Shown: positions 46,118 through 57,156, numbered from the stretch's first letter. The stretch is DNA of 64,000 bases from Longimicrobiales bacterium (GCA_965238005.1 OZ250165.1:1280001-1344000), one strand, 5' to 3'. Numbers and translations are program-made. Notes: generated by a model from the letters alone, not told the origin.

Positions 46118-48337
46118 CTACCGGGCCCCGGCGGCGCGGGCGCGGATTATGTCGATGGCCGCCTGCTCGGTACTGGTGAAGCGCACCGCGTTCTCGCGGG
46201 CCCGCTCGAGCACCTCCTTCGCCTGCTGGTGCTGGTTCAGCTGGCTGAGGTGCCCGGCCAGCCGCACGTAGCCGGCGCTCTGGTCCGGCGCGAGGTCGAC
46301 CACTTCGCGGAAGAGCTGGAGCGCCTCGGGGGGCTTTTTCAGCATGATCTTCACCCAGGCGAGCTCGGTGAGCAGCTGCTGTCGCTCAGGCGAAAGGTGG
46401 CGGCTCTGCTCGAGCAGGGCCTCAACCTCATGCAGCTGAAGGCCGCCGGACCCGAGCACCTGAACCACCCGCGTCCACTCGGACACCTGGATCACGGTGC
46501 GCACATCGAGCGGGTGCAGGGCGAGGTTCTTCTGGAACTCGTTGAACGCCTGCCGGGCAAGCGGGGCGACCGGATCGGTCCAGCCGATTTCCGCATAGTG
46601 CTCAACGGCCTTCGCGACCTGCTCGAGCAGGAGCCCGCGGGCTCCGTCGTTGTGGGGCGAGCCGAGCGCGAGCGACCGCTCGAACCGGGGACCCGCCTCC
46701 TGACTCACGTTGCCGATCGACCGGATCCACTCGGCGGTCTCGTCGCGGCTTCCCGCCGCGATCTCGCCGGCCCGCAGCTTCACCATCGCCTCCTTCGGGT
46801 CCATGCCCGAGCGCCGCGCCCACAGGGCGAGCTGCTCAACCCGGTGGCTCGCGTTGGCGACCACGGCGTACGTCTTGAGCGCCCGCATGTTCGCGAGCGC
46901 GGGAAGGACGTTCAGCCAGACCACGAGCGCCGCCACTACTCCGAAGACGCCTAGCGCGTGACCGGATCGAACGCGCGCGAGCCCCAAGTAGGGCGCGTCC
47001 TCTTCCGGGCTTAGCCACCGGTTGAGCATCGCCAGGAAGAAGAAGAAGTAGAGGTACGACGTCGCGTTCTCGAACCCGAACGTGACGTGGGCGAGGTGCC
47101 CCAGCATGAACGCGACCGCAGTCGCCGCGAAGGGACGGGAGACCGCGCCGCGCCGATACGCGCTGAGGCTGAGATAGACCGCCAGCGCGAACAGCCCGAG
47201 GTAGAGCACCAGGCCCACGGTCCCCTGCACCGCGAGGGTGTTCATGATCACGTTGTGCGCGTTGTCGAACCAGGTCTCCTGGACGCCGTACTTGAGGAAG
47301 TCCGGCCGGTAGTAGCGGTTGAACGCGTGGTAGTAGTTGTTCGGCCCCCAGCCGAGCACCGGGTGCTCTCGCCACGCCTCGGTGGCTATGCCCCAGGCCA
47401 TGACGCGGGTGTGCACGGTGAAGCTCGCGAGGGTGAGCCCCGAGAAGCGCCGGAGCCCGGGTGTCTTCTCGACGATCTCCGAGTCGCGAAAGACCGCCGC
47501 GAGGCTCCCGGCCAGGATCCCGATCAGCAGAGCGACCCAGAGCGCGACCCGCATGAGGCGCCTCTCGCGGAGCGTGATCGCGTACCAGAGGAGCAAGACG
47601 AACAGGCCGACCGTGAGCCCTATGAACGTGCCGCGCGTCTCGCTTAGAACGATGCCGACCGCGCCGAGCAAGGCCATCCCGAACGCGAGCGCCTTCGCCC
47701 ATGGTGTACGCTCCTTGAAGCCGAGCCACAGGCCGGAGAACACCACGTAGAGCCCGAAGCCGCCCAGGTAGCTCGCGTGGCCCAGCGTCGAGGACACGCG
47801 CTCGTCACCACGGTTCAGCAGGATCTGTGGGTCGAGCTTCTGGGCAATCGCGAGCACGCAGACGATCGTCCCGCAAAACAGTAACGCCTTCGTGAGTCGC
47901 GTCCAGGCGAGCTCGGTGCGGACGATCTGCGTCGCCGCAAGGTAGAAGAGCCCGTAACACAGGAGCGTCGCCATCCCGAGCATCCGCTCGTGGGTATCCC
48001 AGAGCGATCGGTGGACGTCGACGCCGAAGAGGGTGGACAGGCAGAAGCTCAGGAGGAAGAGCCCCACGGCGATGCTGAGCGGCGTCCGCCGTGGCCGGTA
48101 GCGCTCGGGGTGCACGATCCAGAGTGTCGCGTAGACCCCGCCCAGGGCGAGCGCGACCGTGCGGAAGAAGAGGATCTTCGGAACGACGAACGGGAAGATG
48201 AAAAGCTTCGGCAGCACAATCAGGGGCGTGACGAGCGCTAGCGCGATCAGCGCCACGGCCGTCCCCTCCAACCGACGCACACTCACGGCGAGCGGTCTCT
48301 TCGAGGTGGCGTCCTTCTTCTTCGGGGCTCGAGCCAC
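46118..48337 (-). CDS. O-antigen ligase/Wzy_C-family membrane protein with a C-terminal TPR-like region
   Basis: GTG 48337 after GAGAGG; STLGHASY, SETRG, HPVLGWGPNNY, FDNAHN; helical repeat C-terminus. Confidence 0.88.
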   Translation of the reverse strand: MARAPKKKDATSKRPLAVSVRRLEGTAVALIALALVTPLIVLPKLFIFPFVVPKILFFRTVALALGGVYATLWIVHPERYRPRRTPLSIAVGLFLLSFCLSTLFGVDVHRSLWDTHERMLGMATLLCYGLFYLAATQIVRTELAWTRLTKALLFCGTIVCVLAIAQKLDPQILLNRGDERVSSTLGHASYLGGFGLYVVFSGLWLGFKERTPWAKALAFGMALLGAVGIVLSETRGTFIGLTVGLFVLLLWYAITLRERRLMRVALWVALLIGILAGSLAAVFRDSEIVEKTPGLRRFSGLTLASFTVHTRVMAWGIATEAWREHPVLGWGPNNYYHAFNRYYRPDFLKYGVQETWFDNAHNVIMNTLAVQGTVGLVLYLGLFALAVYLSLSAYRRGAVSRPFAATAVAFMLGHLAHVTFGFENATSYLYFFFFLAMLNRWLSPEEDAPYLGLARVRSGHALGVFGVVAALVVWLNVLPALANMRALKTYAVVANASHRVEQLALWARRSGMDPKEAMVKLRAGEIAAGSRDETAEWIRSIGNVSQEAGPRFERSLALGSPHNDGARGLLLEQVAKAVEHYAEIGWTDPVAPLARQAFNEFQKNLALHPLDVRTVIQVSEWTRVVQVLGSGGLQLHEVEALLEQSRHLSPERQQLLTELAWVKIMLKKPPEALQLFREVVDLAPDQSAGYVRLAGHLSQLNQHQQAKEVLERARENAVRFTSTEQAAIDIIRARAAGAR

Positions 48338-48347
48338 GAGGTGCCTC

Positions 48348-48477
48348 TCAGGTTCCGTAGTAGGCGCGGTACCAGCCGACGAACCGCTGGAGGCCGACCT
48401 CGAGCGGCGTGGATGGGCTGAAGCCGGAGTCGCGCCGCGCCGGTGTCTCCGAACGTGGCGGGCACATCGCCCGGGGG
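48348..48477 (-). pseudogene. C-terminal remnant of an NAD-dependent nucleotide-sugar epimerase (WcaG/GAE-like)
   Basis: PGDVPATFGD, frameshift, then RDSGFSPSTPLEVGLQRFVGWYRAYYGT*. Confidence 0.8.
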
Positions 48478-48901
48478 TTTGCGCGCACCCGCCAGAAAAG
48501 GTCTGCTGCCAAGGTAGGATAGGACTCTTGGCGCGCCAAGCGGACATGTCAGAGGTGGTGCTGGCCGATTTCTCGACGTCATGCGATCGGCGCGGGCGGT
48601 GGGGGGTCGCAATGAGTATCCGGGGAATGTTCGCTACTTCGCGGTAGGTGGGTCCCCAGTTTTGCCACGTTGATGCATCCGAGCATAGAGAAGAAACAGA
48701 GAGCCCCTGCCCCGCCAGACCCTTCGGGCGTCCACGCCGGAATCCACCCGTGTCTTGAGAGATTTGCGCGAGGACCGACTGTAGTCCCACTTTGACGTGT
48801 CGGACAGCCCCCCTTCCCCGAGGCCACCATTGGAGCGAACCGGACCGGCGAGCCCGCTTGAAGCGCCACGTAACATGCGGCGCCAGGCGAGGTAACCGGC
48901 G

Positions 48902-51900
48902 ATGAAGTTGAGGTTCGCCCAACTCGGAGCTACCGCGCTCATTCTTCTCCTGTCGTGCACGACGGGGGACTCGCCGTCTGGGTTCGAGGGAGCGGGCATT
49001 ACGCGGCTATCTCTGTCGGTAGCGTATCCCACCGAGGTCTCTCCTGCCTCCTCGGCCGACATCAGCCGGATCCGCGTGACGGTTCGACGTGCCTCAGACC
49101 GGACGGTCCTTGACGTGATCGTGACGGAGGTGGAGCCGACGGCGAGCGAGTGGACGCTCGACCTGGAGCTCACGGTTCTGGACGGGGACCCGACGGTGAT
49201 CCTTTTGATCGAGTTGATCTCGGTGGAGAACGGGGTGGAGACCGTCGAGTGGTCGGGCGAGACGGGGCCGATCGGGCTGGCGCCGGGGCAGACGAGCGTG
49301 ATCCAGAACGTGGAAGTCGTGCAGGGCCCGCCGGGGAACCTAGCGGTGACATCAGTGACGATCGGACACCCTGGGGCGCTGGTGGAGGGGATGACGGTCC
49401 AGCTTCAGGCGGCGGTCGAGACGGACCAGCCGGGAGCGCAGACGCGCCTTCTGTGGGAGAGTTCGGACGCGACGAGGGCACGGGTGAGCGCGGACGGGTT
49501 CCTGGAAACCCTCTTGCCGGGGACGGTCCAGATCCGAGCGATGGCAGGCGCCGTAGCGGACGAGATCGAGGTGACAATCGACGCGAGGCCGGTGGGCCTG
49601 CGGTTCGTGGTGGAGCCCACGGATGTAGAGGTGGGTCAGCCCTTCGATTTGGCACCGAGCGTGGAAGCCATCGACACACGTGGGGACCGCGTGACGAACT
49701 TCACTGGTCTGGTGAGCATCGAGCTTCTGGACGCGGCGGCAGCCGGAGGGGGCGCGAGCGTGGGATCGGGCCAAGAGGGAGCGCCCGGCCCCGGGGCGAC
49801 GACTCAGGCCGAGGGGTGTCCGGAGGCACGGCCATGGTTGAACGGCACGACGGAGACAAATGCCGTGAACGGGCTGGCGGAATTCCCAGATGTCACGGTC
49901 GACGCACAATGCGAGTTTCAGATGGTTGCCCGGTCGAGTGGGCTCACTCAGGCGGTCAGCCTCCCGATCACGGCCTCGCCTCAAGAATTCGATCTCTCGG
50001 TCGGCAAGACGGTCCAGAAGGTGTCCGCCGTTGGGGTTTTGAGCATCGATGAGGGTGGCCCCACGGTGACCGTCGATGAGGGTGACGTCGTGCAGTTCAC
50101 AGTCACCGTAACAGACGAGCGGCCCGGCATCATATCGACCTTAGGTGCAGAGATAGACCCCGAAGCTGTAACTGGTGCTACCGTCGTGGATTTCCTGCCA
50201 CCTGGGCTGGTTTACGGTGATCACGAAATTACTACCGGCTCCACAACGTCGTCTACAGCGCCTTTAGCGGGCGCCTATTCTCACTTCGGGGGTGAAGCTG
50301 ACCCCTCGTACAATCCGGAGACTGGAGAGTGGGACGTCGGGGAGTTGCGGGGAACCGTGAGTCTCATCATTTGGGCGACAGTGGGCCCCGGTACCCAGGG
50401 CCAGGTGTTGGTCAACGAGGCGAATTTGACCCGGCAGGGTGACACGAATCCGGACAACAACGCCAGCAGCGCCACGGTGACCGTCAGGGCGAAGATGGCG
50501 GATCTGGGGCTAGGCAAGAGCGTGAGCGAGACGAGCCCGCTGGAAGGCCAAGAAGTGGCCTACACGATCACGGTCACGAACGGCGGTCCGCACCAGGCCG
50601 ATGACATCGTCATCGAAGGGCTAGTGCCGGACGGTCTCTCGATCACGGGAGGAATCGACCTGAATGCCGTCGGACGATTCGACCCCGACACGCGCCTCTG
50701 GCGTATCCCGACGCTCGCCCCGGGCGCGACGACCAGACTCAACGTGGAGGCAACGCCGGGCATGGGGTCAGCGGGCCAGGTGCTGACGAACACGGTGCGG
50801 GTCGCCTCGGTCGGGACGACCGACCCGAATGCTAGTAATGACGAGGCGAGCATATCGATCGACGTCCAGCCGGCGCCGACCCTGCCACCCATAGGAGAAC
50901 CGCTTGGCCCGTCGTACACGACGGTAGGGAATACCGATCTGGTGGCGGGAAGCTTCAGTCTCCCCACGACGCCCCACGTCGCGGATCCGGACAACCTGTT
51001 GTTCAACACCACATTCACCATGGTCACGACAACCGGCACGTTGCCGACGGCCAACGGCGGGACCGTCACCATCGAGGCGGACGGGGACTTCAGGTTCATG
51101 CCGGCTCCCGGTGACATAGATCCGGACGAGTTCTCCTACATGGTGAACACGGGCCAGACCGTGACGACCACCATCGCAATGCAGGACATGGTCTGGTACG
51201 TCGACAACTCTGCGGCCTTCGGCGGCAGTGGAACCTCCGCTCTCCCCTTCACTCAGCTCTCCGAGGCAGAGGCGGCATCCGGGGTGGGCGACCACATCTT
51301 CGTATTCGAAGGGAACGGATTCACGACGGGGATGGGCGACGGGATCACTCTGAAAGACGACCAAAAGATTGTGGGCGAGGGGCAGGGCCTCACGATCGCC
51401 CCGTTCCCCGCCCTCGTACCGGTCGGCAATGACCCTCAGCTCAGCAACATCTCTGGACCTGGCATCACTCTGGCCGACAACAACCTGGTTAGAGGGTTGA
51501 CCTTGGTCGGATCCCAGGGGCCTGCGATCCTGGGCAGTGGGATCATCGGGGGAACGATCGACAATGTTCTCATCGACGCACCGAGCGGCCCTGGCATCCT
51601 TTCTAAGCTCCACCACGGGTTTCTTCACCATCAGCGGTGTGACCACGGACGATACCTCGGGTGCCGGTCTCGAGATCGCGTCCGGAAGCCCCAGTGCGAC
51701 CGTGTTTGGGCTTACGGTCAACAACTCCTTGGGAGAAGGCATATTGCTGAATTCTACCACCTCAACCACCATCATTTTCAATTCGGTGGACATCACGAAC
51801 GCGGGCGGAACAGGCATGTTGTTTGACGAGGTCGGTGGAACCGTGACGATAAACTCCACGTCGGTCAGCGGGAGCTTTTTCGACAACCTGCTTCAGGTGA

Positions 51901-52751
51901 CCACCACCACAACGCCGCCGGTGTTCCTCGACATCGCGGGCTCGTCCTTCGACGGGTCGACCACTGGGAATGGGCTCAACCTGGTGAATCTCGGGGGCGA
52001 CGTGACCCTGACGTTCGACGGGGGGAGCGTGTCCAGCAACAATGCGGCCGCCGGCATTTTCATCGATGCGACCGGGGGGACCACCGACGCGACGATCCTG
52101 AACGGAACCCAGTTTACGGGAGGGTTCACGGGCTTCCGCGCGCGTCACTTGGCAACCACTAGTAGCACCGTCGTCGCCGACATCGACGGCGCGACGTTCG
52201 ATTTCCAGAACGGCTCGGCGATCGAGTTCGAAGGGATATCAACTTCCCTCGACGCGCAGTTCTTTATAACGGTACGCAACACTACCATCAATGGCCCGAG
52301 CGACAATGGCATCAGCATGACACACCAAGAGGATGAGCGGATAAAAATGCTCGCCGCGAACAACGCGATAACCGGAGTGGGGCAGGTCGCAATCCAGTTG
52401 CTATGCGGCACGCAATCGGGGGACCAGCCCGGTTGCGACACGACACTCCTGAACAACACGATCATCGGATCCGCCTTTTTTCCAGGCATCCTGTTGGACA
52501 ACCAATTCGGCTCCACAGTGTGCTACGATATACGTTCGAACGTGGTCACCCCGACCCGCGGAATTGAACTGAATCAGTCCGGCACCGGATTGGTCCGTAT
52601 CGAGCGTCAGGACGGCGTTGTGGGTTCGGAAGGCACGGCGTCGGTCATCGAGGCGCTCATTAAAGGGGAAAACCCGTCGGCAGCGACCGTGACCGTGAAC
52701 AACAGTTCGTTCTTCCTCTGGGGGTCCCCCGGAGCCTGCCCGGAGCCGTAG
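48902..52751 (+). CDS. Large surface lipoprotein (Ig-like, two DUF11-like domains, parallel beta-helix); 1-bp frameshift near 51600
   Basis: Lipobox LLSC; WESSD...ARVSADG Ig motif; DLSVGKTV/DLGLGKSV...YTITVTNGGP...DPNASND DUF11 motifs; WYVDN...G..GT...PF beta-helix start. ORFs 48902 and 51537 join if one base in ggcatcctttcta is removed. Confidence 0.85.
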
Positions 52752-53708
52752 TCAGGATCCGAGGAGAAAAGCGGCGTGCCGGGCCAAGCCTTGTGCTCCC
52801 AGCGACCGGTTGCGCAGGACACGGAGCTTCCTCGGCAAGAATGGCAGGCCCGGAATCTCTGAGTACGCCCGGAGGAGTCGTTGGTCCTCGGTCGAGAGCA
52901 GAGGGCCGTACTGGAGGAGGAACGCCTCGGCCTGTCTGGCAGTGGTCTGAATGCAGCGGCGGATCTCCTCGCCTCGACTTCTGGTGCGGAACGCCATTCC
53001 GGCCATCCGCAACAGACTCCACGGGCCGCCGCGATCCCTCCCGGTACTATTCGACTCATGGCGGCGATACAGCACGGTGGGTTCATGCAACGCAATAGCA
53101 CGTCCGAACGCCGAGGCGACCAGGGCGATCCACGTGTCTTGGTAGACGGCTCCTTCGGGGATCGGGCGAGCGAGGTCGAGGAGCGGGCGGTTGATCAGCA
53201 TCGTCGGACCCGTCACGACATTATGAGCGAGGAGTCGGCACAAGGAGACCGGCTCAGGACTGATCCGAAGGTGGCGCCAGAGTGAGTCCCGGATGGTCTG
53301 GAGCCGCTCGTCCACGACTACTAAGTCCGTGTGAACGAGGACCGGCCCTGGATGTGACTCGGCGCGGAGCATGGCAGCCAACGACAGCTCCATCTTCTCG
53401 GGCATCCAGACGTCGTCGGCGTCTGAGAAAAAGACGTATCGGGACTCACCCGAAAGCTGCTCCAGGAGCCACCCGAAACCGGGTCCCGCGCCGAGGCGCT
53501 GTCCGTCGGGCGGGAATACGTGGATTCGGTCATCCTCGCCGGCTATTTGCTCCACGACCTTCAGGCTGTCGTCCGAAGAACCGTCGTCTCTGATCCAGAG
53601 GCGCCAGTCCTGGTGCGTTTGGCTCTGAATGCTCCGGATCTGCTCGGCGATGAACCGCGCTCCGTTGTGGACGCAGAGAACGATATCCACCGCCACCGCG
53701 CGAGTCAT
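52752..53708 (-). CDS. Glycosyltransferase family 2 (RgpB-like rhamnosyltransferase)
   Basis: HNGARFIAEQIRSI, RDDGSSD, FSDADDVW, VTGPTM, YRRHESN. Confidence 0.9.
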   Translation of the reverse strand: MTRAVAVDIVLCVHNGARFIAEQIRSIQSQTHQDWRLWIRDDGSSDDSLKVVEQIAGEDDRIHVFPPDGQRLGAGPGFGWLLEQLSGESRYVFFSDADDVWMPEKMELSLAAMLRAESHPGPVLVHTDLVVVDERLQTIRDSLWRHLRISPEPVSLCRLLAHNVVTGPTMLINRPLLDLARPIPEGAVYQDTWIALVASAFGRAIALHEPTVLYRRHESNSTGRDRGGPWSLLRMAGMAFRTRSRGEEIRRCIQTTARQAEAFLLQYGPLLSTEDQRLLRAYSEIPGLPFLPRKLRVLRNRSLGAQGLARHAAFLLGS

Positions 53709-55045
53709 GCGCTCATCTCCGGCCCAGACCTCATCTCCGACCCAGGCCCAGCCGAGCCGAAGGATCCGCCCTTCCTCTTGAAGAGGGCCACCAGACAGCC
53801 CGCCACGAAGAGCTCAGCCATCATGACGGAGATGGCCATGCCCATGGCTCCGTAACGGGGCACGAGGAACACCGCCAGGATAATGTTGAGCATGCCCGCC
53901 GCCAACACAAACAGGTAGAAGGGCCTCTCCAACCCCACAGGGAGGGCCCATTGAATTCCGAGCAACGTGCCCACGGCGATGGTTGGAGGAAGGATGGCGA
54001 GGATCCTGAGCACCGGAATGGCAGCCTCATATCCCGGACCCAAGATCACCCTGACGAGAAGGGGCGCCCCGACGGCCGCCGCGGTTCCCATCAAGATCCC
54101 CAATCCCCCGAGGCCCACCATACCCGCCGTCAAGAGCCGACCGGCACGCCTAGTGTCCGTGACGGCCAGGTGGCTCATGCGCGGAAACAGCGTCTGGGAG
54201 AGGGGGTGCAGAAGGTTGATGGCAGCCCGGATGATTCTCTCCGCTCCTCCGAAAAACGCGACGACTTGGGGGGTGGTGAGCAGCCCCAGTACCAAGGCGT
54301 TAGCCTGCTGATAAAGGCCCGAGGAGGCCCGAAAAACGAACACCCCTGCGGAATCTTTCAGAGTCTGAACGGCGTGAGCGAGTCCGGGTCGCCGGAGCGG
54401 GATCTCCCTGTACATCCAGGTGGTAAGCCAAATCAGGGCTACGGTCGCCGCAATCGCCTGAAGGGCCAGAACCCGCCATCCGTGCTCTGGAGTCCTCACC
54501 CAAATGAACACCCCGAGCGCAGCCAGGATCTTTGCACCGGCATCCAATGCCGAGGGGGCCCGCATACGTTCCAGGCCCAGGAAATACCAGATCGGGCTTA
54601 GCCCGCGGGCCACGGCAAAGGCGCCGGCCCAGAGTAGGAGGGCAGGTTCTCGCTGAAACGTCGGAGCGGCCATGTACACGGCGATAAGGCCAACCGGTAC
54701 GCAGGGGAGGATCAAGAGCTTGGCCCCCTGCACGCCGGCCACGACCTCGGAGAGTCGTGACTGATCTGCGCCGACTCGAGCCACGGCCCGCGTACCTGAC
54801 AGATCGAAGCCATACTCCGTGACGAGGGCCAACCATGCTCCAAACGATTGGGCGAATAACACGAGCCCCCAACCTGTCGGCCTAAGAACCCGGGCCAGAT
54901 ACGGGATCGTCAGAAGGGGAACGATCAGTCCGGCGACATGAGCGGCGTAGAGGGCCGTAGCGTTCGCAGCCATGCCGCTCCCCCTGACTTCCGCGAGCAG
55001 GTTCCCGTACCGGTGGTCTGGAGGTCTCTCGTTCGGTTCTTCCAT
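53705..55045 (-). CDS. Oligosaccharide flippase (Wzx, MOP superfamily)
   Basis: PLLTIPYLARVL...TEYGFDLSGTR, WYFLGLERM, many TM helices; start may be 54973. Confidence 0.88.
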   Translation of the reverse strand: MEEPNERPPDHRYGNLLAEVRGSGMAANATALYAAHVAGLIVPLLTIPYLARVLRPTGWGLVLFAQSFGAWLALVTEYGFDLSGTRAVARVGADQSRLSEVVAGVQGAKLLILPCVPVGLIAVYMAAPTFQREPALLLWAGAFAVARGLSPIWYFLGLERMRAPSALDAGAKILAALGVFIWVRTPEHGWRVLALQAIAATVALIWLTTWMYREIPLRRPGLAHAVQTLKDSAGVFVFRASSGLYQQANALVLGLLTTPQVVAFFGGAERIIRAAINLLHPLSQTLFPRMSHLAVTDTRRAGRLLTAGMVGLGGLGILMGTAAAVGAPLLVRVILGPGYEAAIPVLRILAILPPTIAVGTLLGIQWALPVGLERPFYLFVLAAGMLNIILAVFLVPRYGAMGMAISVMMAELFVAGCLVALFKRKGGSFGSAGPGSEMRSGPEMSA

Positions 55046-55254
55046 GTGGGCATGAAGCTATGCGGCGCACCGGGGATGGCACAGGCGGGTTACTCCAACA
55101 GAAGCGGATGTCCCGGCCGTCCTCTTCAGTCGTCTGGGCTCATAAGCCGCAGCGTGGAGGCAACGGCTCGGAGGAAGATGCCCAGGGCGCCATGTCCAGT
55201 AGGAACTGAGAGGCCCGCCCACCAGGCCGCCGATTCTTCCGAGTTCAGCTTCGG

Positions 55255-55470
55255 AGAGATACGTATCTCTATATCGTGAGTATACGTACGAACGTTGCAT
55301 GTCCAAGAAGGTCCGGTAAGTGCTCACCGACCTCCTTCACGTGGTCAAAGTCGTCCCCGTAGACGAGGACCGCGTTCGGCATCCTCTGGTACTGAACGGG
55401 ACGGATTTCGACGATGCTGTTCAGGCAGCCTGCGCAGAGAAGGCCGAGGCCGACTATCTCGTGACCGAGA
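55255..55470 (+). pseudogene. Decayed toxin-antitoxin module: operator palindrome, antitoxin stub and PIN-domain fragment
   Basis: Perfect 16-bp palindrome AGAGATACGTATCTCT (55255-55270); ATG 55299 MSKKVR*; then VLTDLL...DFDDAVQAACAEKAEADYLVT (PIN C-terminal half). Confidence 0.7.
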
Positions 55471-55641
55471 CAAGGAGGCGCACTGTGGGCCGGTGCCCGG
55501 CCAACGAGATGGGCGTATCGGGGCCCTCGGGTTGCCGCCAACATCTGGCATGGCCCCGAGCGGGTTACTACGTTGCGCATCCGCCTCAATGAACCATCAC
55601 CCGTCGACTTCGTTGGACTGCCCCAGCGGGAGGAACCGCTC

Positions 55642-56991
55642 ATGTCACACCCCCGGACCAGCATCCTAGGCGCTGTTGCCGTCGTGGTTGCTCTAGCCAC
55701 CCTCGCCCCAAGGCCTTCCGAGGCTCAGTGGACCCCCATGAAGCGGGGGAGCGACAACATCGAAGTGCTGGGACACCTGCCCTTGGGCCCCGCCCTCAAC
55801 GTCGCGGACATGGACGTGGAGCAGGAGCTCTCCCGGCCCTATGCGTACGTGGGCCGTATGGTCTATGGGGGCGTGGGCGAGAAGGGCATGGACGTCATCA
55901 GCATCGAGGACCCGGGGCATCCTGAGCTCCTCTACGAGTGGCGCATCGACGAGCCGGATCTGCACCTCGGCCGGGGCGGGATGGACGTCAAGCACTTCAA
56001 GGTGAACGGCCGCTACTACGTGATCCAGTCGGTCCAGTTCGGCCAGGGTGGTCCGGATTCGGACATGGGCGGCGTCGTCCTCGACGTCACCGGCCTGCCC
56101 GACGTGTCCACGGTTCGCGAGGTCGCCAGGATCCGAGAGCCTCTCATGCCGGGTGGCTTCCACAACATCTTCGTCTACAAGCACTCCGACGGCCGCGTGC
56201 TGCTGTTCGCCACCGTGTCAGGCCCCTTTGCCCAAGTGTACGACCTCGGCAAGGTCGTTCAGGGCGCTTCCGCCGAGGAGGCCCTTGCCGGCCGTGTGCC
56301 CAATCCCAGCGCTGGTGAGGGCCGGGGCAACCGGGGCTACCACGACTTCTACGTGGGCTACCATCCCGACACTGACCAGGATCGCTTCTATGGTGGCGGC
56401 GGTGGCGGCTACTACATCTACAACGTCACCGACCTCGAGGAGCCTGAGCTACTGATCACCCTCACGGGCGTCAGTGGGGTTCGGGGCGGGCACACGTTCA
56501 CGCCGGGACCCAATGGCAGGTACGTGGTGGCCGAGACGGAGTACCAGTTCGCACCGCTCCGGATCTTCGACCTGCAGCCCGCCCTGGATGGGGAGACCAC
56601 CAACCTCCGCCGACCCATCTCGGGCTGGACGGCCGACTACAGGAACCTGACCCACAACCACGAGATTCGGTGGCCGCTGGTGTTCGTGTCCGGTTACCTG
56701 GACGGACTGCAGATCTTCAGCCTACAGGATCCCCACAATCCGGTGACCGTGGGCTACTACGACACGTACATCGGCCCTCGCGCGACCGAGACCAACCCCG
56801 TGTTCAACGGTGCGTTCGGAGTCGATGTCCGGAACGCCGACGGCCTGATCATGATCAGCGACATGAGCACCGGGTTCTGGACGTTCCGCATGGACGGCTT
56901 CCAGGGCTGGAACGGGAAGCAGTGGGGTGTGCCCGATATCTCCAGCGCCCAGAAGTGGGACGAGCCCGTACGGCGCCCCATCAGCGAGTAG
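55642..56991 (+). CDS. Secreted LVIVD-repeat beta-propeller, paralogue 1
   Basis: ATG 55642 after GGGAGG; signal peptide; repeats MDVISIEDP, VVLDVTGLP, YIYNVTDL, RIFDLQP, LQIFSLQDP; His motifs FHNIF, YHDFY, GHTFT, HNHE. Confidence 0.88.
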   Translation: MSHPRTSILGAVAVVVALATLAPRPSEAQWTPMKRGSDNIEVLGHLPLGPALNVADMDVEQELSRPYAYVGRMVYGGVGEKGMDVISIEDPGHPELLYEWRIDEPDLHLGRGGMDVKHFKVNGRYYVIQSVQFGQGGPDSDMGGVVLDVTGLPDVSTVREVARIREPLMPGGFHNIFVYKHSDGRVLLFATVSGPFAQVYDLGKVVQGASAEEALAGRVPNPSAGEGRGNRGYHDFYVGYHPDTDQDRFYGGGGGGYYIYNVTDLEEPELLITLTGVSGVRGGHTFTPGPNGRYVVAETEYQFAPLRIFDLQPALDGETTNLRRPISGWTADYRNLTHNHEIRWPLVFVSGYLDGLQIFSLQDPHNPVTVGYYDTYIGPRATETNPVFNGAFGVDVRNADGLIMISDMSTGFWTFRMDGFQGWNGKQWGVPDISSAQKWDEPVRRPISE

Positions 56992-57034
56992 AGCGAGTCG
57001 ACGGACTTTTCAGCGTAAGGACTTTTCGGGCCGA

Positions 57035-57156
57035 GCGCGGTGGCCGCGTTGCTATTCCTCGTCGTCGCGCCTGACCCACGCCTAACGGCGCGGGTACCTT
57101 GGATCCGGCGCCTCGGCACTCTCGGTGGCTCGCGAACTCCTGAGACACCACACCAG
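57035..57156 (-). mobile_element. Diverged MITE-family copy
   Basis: Minus strand ctggtgtggtgtctcaggagttcgcgagccaccgagagtgccgaggcgcc...aggcgcgacgacgaggaatagc...gccaccgcgc shares the core of the 15934 element. Confidence 0.6.

Noticed and set aside
48338..48922. N-terminal ~195 aa of the 934-aa ligase ORF
   Set aside because: Low-complexity read-through across the epimerase remnant; an SD and a plausible start lie at 48337.
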